Shown here: positions 9,385 through 17,270 of the stretch, in pieces
How positions within the stretch are numbered: position 1 is the stretch's first letter
Layout: each line of letters opens with the position of its first letter
Source: an uncultured Bacteroidota bacterium
GTDB lineage: Bacteria > Bacteroidota > Ignavibacteria > Ignavibacteriales > Ignavibacteriaceae
Reading direction: 5' to 3'
DNA length: 32,000 nt
Assembly (NCBI GenBank): GCA_963710745.1
Contig: CAVQBP010000025.1
Span: 1 to 32,000, forward strand
The notes under the pieces: model-generated
Databases searched by the model: none
Told to the model about the DNA's origin: nothing
The model's input: only the letters and a program-made list of their open reading frames with translations
Made by a program: the position numbers and the translations under genes

Positions 9385-10604
9385 TTAACCTTTTGTTCGA
9401 ATGCTTCCTTTAATGCTGATTGGAGGAGTTGTTGTATTAAGTCTTGATTCTTCTTTACTTTTTTTTCTAACTCATCACAAACTTTTAATAATTCTTCTAT
9501 TTTTCTACCTATTCTTTTTTGTTCATTCTTTGGTGGAAGTGGGAAAATTTTTGGATATATTCTTTTACCTGAAATGACAGGTTGAGCACCTTGAAAAGAC
9601 ATACTACCTAGATTCAATGCTCTTAAAGTCCATATCAACCAATCTCTATCTATATTATTTTTTGAATAACTAACAATGAATGCATTATCAGTAATCCAAG
9701 CTTTATTTTCAGTTAAATGAACATTCCCACAATTAGCACCAACTCTACCAATAATAATCGTACGTTCTTCAATATTTGATTTTATATGGTAACCATTTAC
9801 ACCATTACCACCATAAACTGGTAAATTGCCATTTTTATCCATTTGATCAGACGTTAGACCATCACCTGATGTAACGGTTATAATATCACCTAACCTACAC
9901 CAAACCCAATTATCAGGAATTACAAATGGAATATCTTCTTCTTTAGTTGGTGGAATTGGTCTTCCCTTTTTGAGTCTCTTTGCTTTTATGAGTTTCTCTT
10001 TTTCTTGTTGAATTTTTTCTAAAAGAAGAAAAGCAGGTTCATCATTTGGGTCTTTTAAAACTAGCTTACCTTGAATTGCATTATTTAAAATCCGTTGCTT
10101 CAGTTTCTTTAAATTTAATTCTTGATTATTAAGAAGTGAACTTAACTTATCAATAAGTATTGATAATTTTTTTTCTAGTCCAATTATTTTTTTCTGCTTA
10201 TCTAAGGATGGGATCTCAATTTCTAAATCTGCAATTTTATTCATTGGTAAACTAACATTTGCCGCCCCCTTCATTAAAGGGACTAGGAGACTGTCCTTAT
10301 ATTGAGTTAGGTAAATATGAAGATATTTTGCATTTATTATCTTTTCATTCCTTGGAATTAGAGCACATAAAATTGTTCCCAATGCAAACTTACCTTCCTG
10401 ATAGTGAATTCTTTTCATACTTGCATGACCGTGACCTGTACTTGAAATCAGCGGTACGATTACTGCTTTTGCGTTAAACTGATAATTGTTATGTGTTTTT
10501 CTCTCTTCAGATAATGTTACCAATGGATAAGAACCTGGTACTGCCTTTGTAATTCCTGTTGTTCCTTTAGTAAGAGTACATATATCATCTAAACGAAATA
10601 TCAT
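9381..10604 (-). CDS. hsdS: Type I restriction-modification specificity subunit HsdS
   Basis: 407 aa. Two target-recognition halves separated by a coiled conserved spacer (LDKQKKIIGLEKKL... and a C-terminal EQKRIGRKIEELL...). 4-nt overlap with hsdM. Confidence 0.85.
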   Translation of the reverse strand: MIFRLDDICTLTKGTTGITKAVPGSYPLVTLSEERKTHNNYQFNAKAVIVPLISSTGHGHASMKRIHYQEGKFALGTILCALIPRNEKIINAKYLHIYLTQYKDSLLVPLMKGAANVSLPMNKIADLEIEIPSLDKQKKIIGLEKKLSILIDKLSSLLNNQELNLKKLKQRILNNAIQGKLVLKDPNDEPAFLLLEKIQQEKEKLIKAKRLKKGRPIPPTKEEDIPFVIPDNWVWCRLGDIITVTSGDGLTSDQMDKNGNLPVYGGNGVNGYHIKSNIEERTIIIGRVGANCGNVHLTENKAWITDNAFIVSYSKNNIDRDWLIWTLRALNLGSMSFQGAQPVISGKRIYPKIFPLPPKNEQKRIGRKIEELLKVCDELEKKVKKNQDLIQQLLQSALKEAFEQKVN

Positions 10605-12058
10605 GATTTAGTGAGCAATTCTTTAATTTGTGAAATCAGTTCATTCATCTTTTTATCATTTTCTTCAATATTATTCAAAATATCATTTAACGATTCTATA
10701 TTATCCTCACTAACAGAATTGGGATTTTTAATATCTAAGTCATATTTTCTTTCAATTATAGTTCTAATATCTACCCTCCACGAATTACCACTCTCTTTTC
10801 TATTGTTCCACCATTTTTTAATAGGTTCAAATTCTTTCAGACTAAGTGGATTAGTTTTAGAATATGATTTTATACCTTCTTGATATTTATGTTGGTAGTA
10901 CCATACTTCTTTAGTTTTCTTTCCTTTTTGAAAGAATAATAAATTCGTGGCAACTGTGGCGTAGGGTTTAAAAACAGAATTAGGTAATCGTATAATAGTA
11001 TGAAGGTTACAATCCTCTAAAAGTTTTTGCCTAATCCTTTCTTTAACTCCTTCACCTGTCAAAGAACCATCAGGCAACACTATTCCTGCTCTACCACCAT
11101 CTTTAAGTAAGTGAATCATTAAAATCAGAAATAAGTCTGCGCTTTCTTTTGTTTGATAACTCTTTGGAAAGTTTCTTTCATAATTATTTGCTACTATACC
11201 GCCAAAAGGAGGATTAGCAAGAATAATATTCACTCTGTCCTTTTCGGAATAGTTAATTAGTGGTTTATCTAGCGAATCTCTATAAGTAATGTTTGGAACC
11301 TCAATATCGTGCAAAATTAAATTTGTCGTTGCTAAAAGATATGGTAATGGCTTACTTTCCCAACCTGCTACCATATTTTTTATTGATTGTCTTTCTTCAA
11401 CACTATTTGCTTGCGCTTTTAACTTCTCAATTACCGCCGTAAGAAAACCACCAGTTCCGCAAGCAGGATCTAAAATCTTTTCATCTAATTTTGGATTAAC
11501 CATATCGGTTATAAACTGAGTAACAGCACGAGGAGTATAATATTCTCCACTATCACCTGCACTCTGTAACTCCTTTAATATACTTTCATAAATTTCACCA
11601 AACAGATGTCTGTCTTTTGCAATGTTAAAATCGAGTTCATTTAGTTTGTTCAAGGCTTTACGAATGTTGATACCACTTTTCATGTAGTTGTGGTTACCTT
11701 CGAAAACTTCACGAACAATCAATGCTCTGCCATTACCTGTGTTAAGGCTTAGATTTCTTAAGGTTGGGAACAATTTTCTGTCCACGAATTCAAGTAATTC
11801 ATCACCTGTCATTCCTTCATCATCACCCGCCCAATTTCCTTTTTGTTTAATCCAATGAAATTCTTCTGGGATCGGTGACTTGTATCTATCATTGATGAGT
11901 TCTAATTCTCTATCTTTATCACTAAATATTTTTAAGAATAACATCCAACCTAATTGTTCAATCCGTTGAGCATCACCATTAATTCCGATGTCCTGCCTCA
12001 TAATATTACGAATGGATTTTACAACACCTGAAATGTTTGACATAGTATTATCTTTCAA
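10601..12058 (-). CDS. hsdM: Type I restriction-modification DNA methyltransferase subunit HsdM (N6-adenine)
   Basis: HsdM_N-like N-terminus (DAQRIEQLGWMLFLKIF), AdoMet motif DPACGTGGFL and catalytic NPPFG. The tracked start at 12058 is TTG; ATG at 12043 (MSNISGVV...) is the likelier start. Confidence 0.9.
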   Translation of the reverse strand: MKDNTMSNISGVVKSIRNIMRQDIGINGDAQRIEQLGWMLFLKIFSDKDRELELINDRYKSPIPEEFHWIKQKGNWAGDDEGMTGDELLEFVDRKLFPTLRNLSLNTGNGRALIVREVFEGNHNYMKSGINIRKALNKLNELDFNIAKDRHLFGEIYESILKELQSAGDSGEYYTPRAVTQFITDMVNPKLDEKILDPACGTGGFLTAVIEKLKAQANSVEERQSIKNMVAGWESKPLPYLLATTNLILHDIEVPNITYRDSLDKPLINYSEKDRVNIILANPPFGGIVANNYERNFPKSYQTKESADLFLILMIHLLKDGGRAGIVLPDGSLTGEGVKERIRQKLLEDCNLHTIIRLPNSVFKPYATVATNLLFFQKGKKTKEVWYYQHKYQEGIKSYSKTNPLSLKEFEPIKKWWNNRKESGNSWRVDIRTIIERKYDLDIKNPNSVSEDNIESLNDILNNIEENDKKMNELISQIKELLTKS

Positions 12059-12833
12059 TAATAGGAAACCAAAATATGTTTAATAATTTGAGTAGCCATT
12101 CTCGATATTCAATAAAATTAAGGTATATATTATCACTTTGCTCAGGTAAAAATGAGATTAATTCTTCTTGGAATGCTATTTCTCTTAAAATACTCAATTC
12201 GGAACTAATACCTTCCGTGAAGTTTATTGAATCATATGCACGATTAATTTCAAGCAATTGATTAACATCTATTGTGGTTCCTTCTATTTTTATTGGGTCT
12301 GAACAAATATGTTTATCAACCGTATCGAAAAGAACTAGCGGAGATGAATTTATGGGAACTTTTAATCTTTGTATCTCTTGCTGAGCCATATCAAAATGCA
12401 TTGTATTAGTCATTATCGTTTTCTGAGAGAAAAAGGTATTAAAATCATTCATAGTATGAAATAGAGGAGCACAATAATATACTTTCTTTCTTGGTTTCTT
12501 TGCTAACTTTTGCAAATAATTAAATTGTTTAGAACCTGAAACATTATAAATATTAAAAGCATGTTTAGGTGTTATGGAGGTATTAATTGTTATTCCACCT
12601 TTTAAAGAATAAAATATTTTATGATTATAATACTTACTTCTCTTGAATTGGTAATAAACAGAGTATTTATACCTATTCTTTTTACCATATTTTTTCAAGA
12701 TTAAATCCGCAGCCCATTCCTTTTCTTCTCGAGTTGATGGAGCATAAATTCTGAATACATTTGGAATTGAATTAAATAGCTCTCTTGCGTAACCAAGTAC
12801 AAACTGAGTTTCTGAAAATTCACTCTTTAACAT
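12048..12833 (-). CDS. hypothetical protein embedded between hsdR and hsdM; possible PD-(D/E)XK-like fold
   Basis: 261 aa. Its ATG lies 14 nt inside the hsdR 3' end and its stop is 4 nt before the hsdM ATG. SETQFVLGYARELF...WAADLILKK...SVYYQFKRS resembles the E...D...QxK arrangement of DUF4365/NERD-type nucleases; this is a weak, motif-only call. Confidence 0.45.
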   Translation of the reverse strand: MLKSEFSETQFVLGYARELFNSIPNVFRIYAPSTREEKEWAADLILKKYGKKNRYKYSVYYQFKRSKYYNHKIFYSLKGGITINTSITPKHAFNIYNVSGSKQFNYLQKLAKKPRKKVYYCAPLFHTMNDFNTFFSQKTIMTNTMHFDMAQQEIQRLKVPINSSPLVLFDTVDKHICSDPIKIEGTTIDVNQLLEINRAYDSINFTEGISSELSILREIAFQEELISFLPEQSDNIYLNFIEYREWLLKLLNIFWFPIIER

Positions 12834-15213
12834 TATAAATCCTGTAAATTTCTTGTTCTAATTCTCTCACAGCAAAGAGATAATTATCCTTATTACCAAA
12901 TTGATTTATAATTTCTACTGCTGAACCAAAATCTGTTAAAGGTTTAACCTTTAATATTTCCATACTTTCAATATTATCAATCCCTTCGTCAGAGTATTTA
13001 TCTAATAATGCTTCAAGAACCTTTCTTAATTGCTCACCATACTTTGTAAAGTAATTTCTCTTTTTAACATTATTTGCTCGTTCTTTTCGTGTTAATGGTG
13101 GTTGGTCATAAGCAACATGACAAATTATATCAAACAGGTCTACTTCCCAATTAACTGCTTTAAGAAGTTCATCAACCAATACTCCCTGTTCTTCAAGTTC
13201 TTTTATTATTGCTGTTTTTCTATCAGCACTGCTCCAAGAATTTATAAACTCATCGAGTGATGAATAATTTCCTTTTATTATTTTTCTTGTATAATCTTTA
13301 AGACTTGTTGTAATTGGTTTACCATCATTATCAAAATATAAATTACGTGTAACTAAGACTGATACATCAATACCATTTACATAAACTTTTTTACTAGGTG
13401 GTATGTCTATACCTGTCGGAGGTTTTCTAATTTCCGGTGGAACAAATATTATCTCTTCTCCACTTTCATCATCAATCACGGGTGTAGTTTGTAGTTCTTC
13501 CTCATCAACAATTTTTCCAATATCGGTATCTTCAGTTACAGGTTTTATCCTTATTGGTTCACCATCAAAATCTTTATCTGCAAATAAGTCCGTTGCGTTT
13601 CTGAAATCTAAAATATTAAAATATAGTTTATCAAAATCTTCCCTTATTCGAGTTCCTCTACCAATTATCTGTTTAAATTTAGTCATTGATTTAATGTTTG
13701 AATCTAATACAATTACCTTACAAGTTTGTGCATCAACACCTGTAGTCATTAACTCTGAAGTAGTAGCAATTACTGGATATTTTTCTTCGGGATTGATGAA
13801 ATTATCTAATTCCCTTTTCCCTTCATCATTATCACCGGTGATTTGCATTATATACTTGTAATTTTCATGAACAAGATCAGGATTATGCTGAGAAAGTGCA
13901 AACCGCATTCTTTCAGCATGATCAATATCAACACAAAAGATTATTGTTTTTGCAAATCGGTCATAACCTTTTAAGAATTCAGTTACTTTCTTTGCTACCG
14001 TATCTGTTCTTTCTTCAATAACAAGTTTTTTATCAAAATCCGTTCGATTATAAATTCTATCCTCAACGGGTTCTCCCCAAATATCAGTTTTATCTGTAGT
14101 AGGTCTCCAGCCTTCAAGGTCTACATTTAATCCAATTCGAATAACCCTGTATGGTGCAAGAAAACCATCTTCGATACCTTGCCGCAATGAATAAGTGTAA
14201 ATCGGGTCTCCAAAATACTCGATATTACTTAGCGTTTTTGTTTCTTTGGGAGTGGCTGTAAGACCTATCTGAGTAGCTTTATCAAAATATTGAAGTATAT
14301 CTCTCCAAGCACTATCTTCTTTAACACTTCCCCTATGGCACTCGTCAACAATAACCAAATCAAAGAAATCTCGAGAGAATTGTTTGTAGATATTCTTGTC
14401 TTCTTCATTACCTGATAAACCTTGATATAATGACAAATAAAGCTCATAACTTTTATCAACTTCTCTATGCTTTACTACTGTCATTACATCTTTAAAATGT
14501 TTGAAATCCCCAATCCTTGCTTGGTCTATTAAGATATTTCTGTCTGCTAAAAATAGTATTCTTTTTTTAGTACCTGCCTTCCATAATCTGTATGCTATTT
14601 GAAATGCCACATAAGTTTTACCCGTACCTGTTGCCATCACAATAAGAATTCTATTTTCACCCTTTGCAATAGCTTCAACACAACGGTTAATAGCAATCTG
14701 TTGATAATATCTCGGTTTTCTACCAGAACCATCAAAATAAAAATCCTGTGTAACTACTCTTTCAATTTCAGGCGTTTGTATACCTTTAAACTTTTTATAT
14801 TTCTCCCATAAGACATTAGGTGAAGGAAAACTATCAATATCTAATATTACTTCAATACCTTTATCGGTTGCAGTTTTATCATGGAATAGAAATCCATCAC
14901 CATTACTGCTGAATACGAATGGTAAATCAAGTATCCTAGCATAATCTAGTGCTTGTTGTATACCGGCTCTAACTGAATGGTTATTATCTTTTGCTTCAAT
15001 GACAGCAATAGGAATATTTGGTTTATAATAGAGGATGTAATCTGCTTTTTTTGCCTTTCCCCTTTTTGTAAGTTTTCCCCTAACATAGATTTTACCATCT
15101 GTGAAATAAACTTCTTCAAGAAACTGCGTTTGTTTATTCCAATCTGCTTTCTCAAGAGCAGGGGTAATAAATTTTGTGCAAATATCACGTTCTGAAAGAG
15201 TTTTTTTATCCAA
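12820..15213 (-). CDS. hsdR: Type I restriction enzyme endonuclease/translocase subunit HsdR
   Basis: 797 aa. N-terminal SERDICTKFITPALEKADW, helicase motif I MATGTGKT, motif II VIVDECHRG, and a C-terminal DUF3387-like tail. Confidence 0.9.
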   Translation of the reverse strand: MDKKTLSERDICTKFITPALEKADWNKQTQFLEEVYFTDGKIYVRGKLTKRGKAKKADYILYYKPNIPIAVIEAKDNNHSVRAGIQQALDYARILDLPFVFSSNGDGFLFHDKTATDKGIEVILDIDSFPSPNVLWEKYKKFKGIQTPEIERVVTQDFYFDGSGRKPRYYQQIAINRCVEAIAKGENRILIVMATGTGKTYVAFQIAYRLWKAGTKKRILFLADRNILIDQARIGDFKHFKDVMTVVKHREVDKSYELYLSLYQGLSGNEEDKNIYKQFSRDFFDLVIVDECHRGSVKEDSAWRDILQYFDKATQIGLTATPKETKTLSNIEYFGDPIYTYSLRQGIEDGFLAPYRVIRIGLNVDLEGWRPTTDKTDIWGEPVEDRIYNRTDFDKKLVIEERTDTVAKKVTEFLKGYDRFAKTIIFCVDIDHAERMRFALSQHNPDLVHENYKYIMQITGDNDEGKRELDNFINPEEKYPVIATTSELMTTGVDAQTCKVIVLDSNIKSMTKFKQIIGRGTRIREDFDKLYFNILDFRNATDLFADKDFDGEPIRIKPVTEDTDIGKIVDEEELQTTPVIDDESGEEIIFVPPEIRKPPTGIDIPPSKKVYVNGIDVSVLVTRNLYFDNDGKPITTSLKDYTRKIIKGNYSSLDEFINSWSSADRKTAIIKELEEQGVLVDELLKAVNWEVDLFDIICHVAYDQPPLTRKERANNVKKRNYFTKYGEQLRKVLEALLDKYSDEGIDNIESMEILKVKPLTDFGSAVEIINQFGNKDNYLFAVRELEQEIYRIYNVKE

Positions 15214-15321
15214 CCTTATTTTTTCCCGTCTGTTGGAATGCTAAATTCACTTTGTTAATATTTCTGATAAAAACAAATTTAAGTTTTTATAACTTAAAAA
15301 AACAATAACTTTATTTGGTTT

Positions 15322-15972
15322 CTATAATGATAATTTCTTTCTAAGGTTAGAAACTAATTTCTTATTTAATTTATTCCTGTGGATATACATGAGAGTTTGT
15401 AACATATGTTCTGCCTTAAATGCATGGTATATTTGTGAATTATGAGTGCTTATTTCAAGAATTTTATTTAATTGTCTAATATTGTAATCGGAGAACTGTT
15501 CAAGGATTTTTACTCTTTGATTTGTTGACTCAAAATCTTCGCTTTTCCCAAAATAGTTAATAGCACTATTTAAGAATTTAACCTTAGTTTTTTTATGAAG
15601 AATCTCAATAATTTTATTATAAGTATACCCATGATTTGATTTTCTGAGATTGATTGCTTGAATTTTCGATAAGAAACCATATGGATTTAAATCAACTTTA
15701 ATCGGGATTATTAGAATTTGTTTTCTTAACGCATATCCTGATTCTTGATCTGTCCAGTCAGACTTTTTAAACTCCTTAGTTAGCAAGGGAATAAATACAT
15801 CCATTTTCTTCAAGCTTTTTAATATTTGTGTTTGCCATTCATCTGTTGGATTAATTGTATCATGCGCTAAGAAAACTTCTAAACCATATTTATTAAAATA
15901 TGCTTTCATTTCACCTGCTAATCTTTTATTTGAGGTGGAATAACTTATAAAAATTTGCAGTATTGATGTCAT
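15322..15972 (-). CDS. TIR-domain protein (stand-alone, ThsB-like size)
   Basis: 216 aa. IFISYSTSNKRLAGEMKAYFNKYGLEVFLAHDTI...DVFIPLLTKEFKKSDWTDQESGYA follows the bacterial TIR_2 pattern, including the conserved Glu. The C-terminal ~100 aa are unassigned. Confidence 0.75.
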   Translation of the reverse strand: MTSILQIFISYSTSNKRLAGEMKAYFNKYGLEVFLAHDTINPTDEWQTQILKSLKKMDVFIPLLTKEFKKSDWTDQESGYALRKQILIIPIKVDLNPYGFLSKIQAINLRKSNHGYTYNKIIEILHKKTKVKFLNSAINYFGKSEDFESTNQRVKILEQFSDYNIRQLNKILEISTHNSQIYHAFKAEHMLQTLMYIHRNKLNKKLVSNLRKKLSL

Positions 15973-16153
15973 AATATCCCTCTTGTGCTTTTTAATAAAC
16001 CGCTTTTAAATTTCAAAAGAAAATAATAACTTATCAATAATTAATTTGATTCCTTTTTGATCGCTTAATGATATATTTGGAATAGATATTGCTTTATAAT
16101 ATTAACAAATTAACTAATAATTAAGTTCTTTGGAAGTATGTAGGTAGTTAAAA

Positions 16154-16209
16154 TTGATCGCTCATTTGATCGCTCATATCTAATTTTAAAGCGATCAAAA
16201 TGCGATCAA
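16154..16209. repeat. composite inverted repeat built from TTGATCGC units (2 forward, 2 reverse; a fifth copy at 16057..16064)
   Basis: TTGATCGCTCAT TTGATCGCTCAT - 13 nt - GCGATCAAAAT GCGATCAA. Every unit contains GATC. Lies upstream of the TIR gene. Confidence 0.75.
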
Positions 16210-16307
16210 TTATCATATCTGGGAATTATGGTAAGAATCTATGTTTCACTTTAAAACCAAAAAACCTTCAAAAACTATACATTTTCAAAGGTTTTTTGTT
16301 TTAAGTG

Positions 16308-16368
16308 CGGAGAGACAGGGATTCGAACCCCGGAAGGACTTACATCCTTAACGGTTTTCAAGACCGCC
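16308..16368 (-). pseudogene. tRNA-Ser(UGA) 3' fragment (anticodon arm, long variable arm, T arm, 3' acceptor); 5' part missing
   Basis: The reverse complement reads GCGGT-CTTGAAA-ACCGT (anticodon UGA), then a long variable arm, CGGGGTTCGAATCCCTG and TCTCTCC-G. No D arm or 5' acceptor strand follows. Confidence 0.7.
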
Positions 16369-16406
16369 TTTTATCTTTATTTACGACATATTCTATCTCT
16401 TCCTGC

Positions 16407-16648
16407 TCAATCTCCTCCACTGATTTTACCCTCTTCCTTTCGAATCCATCCATCCAAATCATCCTTATGAAAATAAATCTTCTTACCATTCAGTTTATAG
16501 AAAGGAATTTTCATAGCGTGTGTCATTTTATATAAATGACTTCTGATAGCTACAGATAATTAGCAGCTTCATTCAGAAATAAAAATGTTTTATTAAACTT
16601 TAACAGTGATTCGATTGTCTTCAGTCGGCTTAGAATTTCTTCAAGCAT
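16407..16648 (-). pseudogene. excisionase-like HTH_17 DNA-binding protein, frameshifted
   Basis: MLEEILSRLKTIESLLKFNKTFLFLNEAANYL* in one frame continues as (L)SVAIRSHLYKMTHAMKIPFYKLNGKKIYFHKDDLDGWIRK in the -1 frame. Total length is 242 nt, one short of a multiple of 3. Confidence 0.55.
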
Positions 16649-16702
16649 AAATAACTTTTTTTTATAAAAAATCTTTAGTGGAAAAAATTAGAATTGACTT
16701 AT

Positions 16703-16776
16703 GAGCCTCTTAGGATTTTGAACCTATGGTCTTCCGCATGTGAAACGGACGCTCTAACCAGCTGAGCTAAGAGTCC
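16703..16776 (-). tRNA. tRNA-Val(CAC)-like gene with a defective 3' half (possibly a pseudo or hybrid tRNA)
   Basis: Good D arm (GCTCAGCTGGTTAGAGC) and anticodon arm (TCCGT-TTCACAT-GCGGA). The T arm has only 4 bp with an 8-nt loop, and acceptor pair 3-70 is A.G. Confidence 0.5.
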
Positions 16777-16989
16777 TCGGCAAAATAAAATCTCAAAATG
16801 AAAAACAATCAATTTAGAAAATTGTAATTTTAACCTGATATCTCTATATTTCAAGTCCCTTCAATTGACATTCCTTTTTTGCCCGCCTTCCAAAGAACTT
16901 TGTTCGGCGGACAGGCCAAGATAGGAATATTAATTAGAAGACTTCGTTGAACCTGCCTGCAGTAGCCTTTCGGCAAAGGCAGGCAAGAG

Positions 16990-17026
16990 TACCCGCTTTC
17001 TACTTTGTGAAGCGGGTATTTTTTTT
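16990..17026 (+). terminator. rho-independent terminator
   Basis: TACCCGCTT-(11 nt)-AAGCGGGTA followed by T8. No protein-coding gene lies upstream on this strand. Confidence 0.65.
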
Positions 17027-17217
17027 GCTCTATAAGATACTTTTGAATTTGAGCCCGGACTCAGCATATTTCTACCTTATTTCCTTGCACAATTTCTTTT
17101 TTGATTGTTTTTTTTGCTTCCTTTTTTATTCCATTTTTCTGCCACCTGAAAAAACTTTTCCACATATCCACATTACTTTCCTAATCTCTCTTTCTTCTTC
17201 TTTCTCTATGTATATAA

Positions 17218-17270
17218 TTTCGGGTGAAGTTTGCCATTTTTCGCCCGAAGTTTTAAAAACTTCGGGCGAA
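17218..17270. repeat. three copies of TTCGGG(C/T)GAAGT, including a 13-1-13 palindrome
   Basis: 17242..17268 reads CGCCCGAAGTTTT-A-AAAACTTCGGGCG. A further direct copy, TTTCGGGTGAAGTTT, lies at 17218..17232. Confidence 0.75.

Noticed and set aside
12043-12058. An 11-nt overlap between orf261 and hsdM, as implied by the ORF track.
   Set aside because: The tracked hsdM start is TTG. An ATG at 12043, 4 nt after the orf261 stop, gives the family-typical N-terminus (MSNISGVV...). The coupling conclusion holds with either start.
15322-15972. A complete Thoeris system (ThsA + ThsB).
   Set aside because: No SIR2, Macro or SLOG-type gene is present anywhere in the window, so only a lone TIR protein can be claimed.
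16054-16209. A CRISPR array. The phased repeats at 29458..29488 and the repeats at 30392..30693 were also considered.
   Set aside because: The repeat units are 8-12 bp or only two copies, with no regular 25-40-bp repeat/spacer periodicity. No cas genes are present.
16369-16410. GGAAGAGA just beyond the tRNA-Ser fragment, considered as the missing 5' acceptor strand of an intact tRNA-Ser.
   Set aside because: It has one extra base relative to the GGAGAGA required, and the intervening sequence is AT-rich with no D arm. It instead encodes the tail region of the excisionase-like relic.
16305-16535. 76-aa plus-strand ORF; likewise 29299..29550 on the minus strand.
   Set aside because: They are antisense readings across the tRNA-Ser fragment plus excisionase relic, and across tRNA-Asp plus its terminator, respectively.
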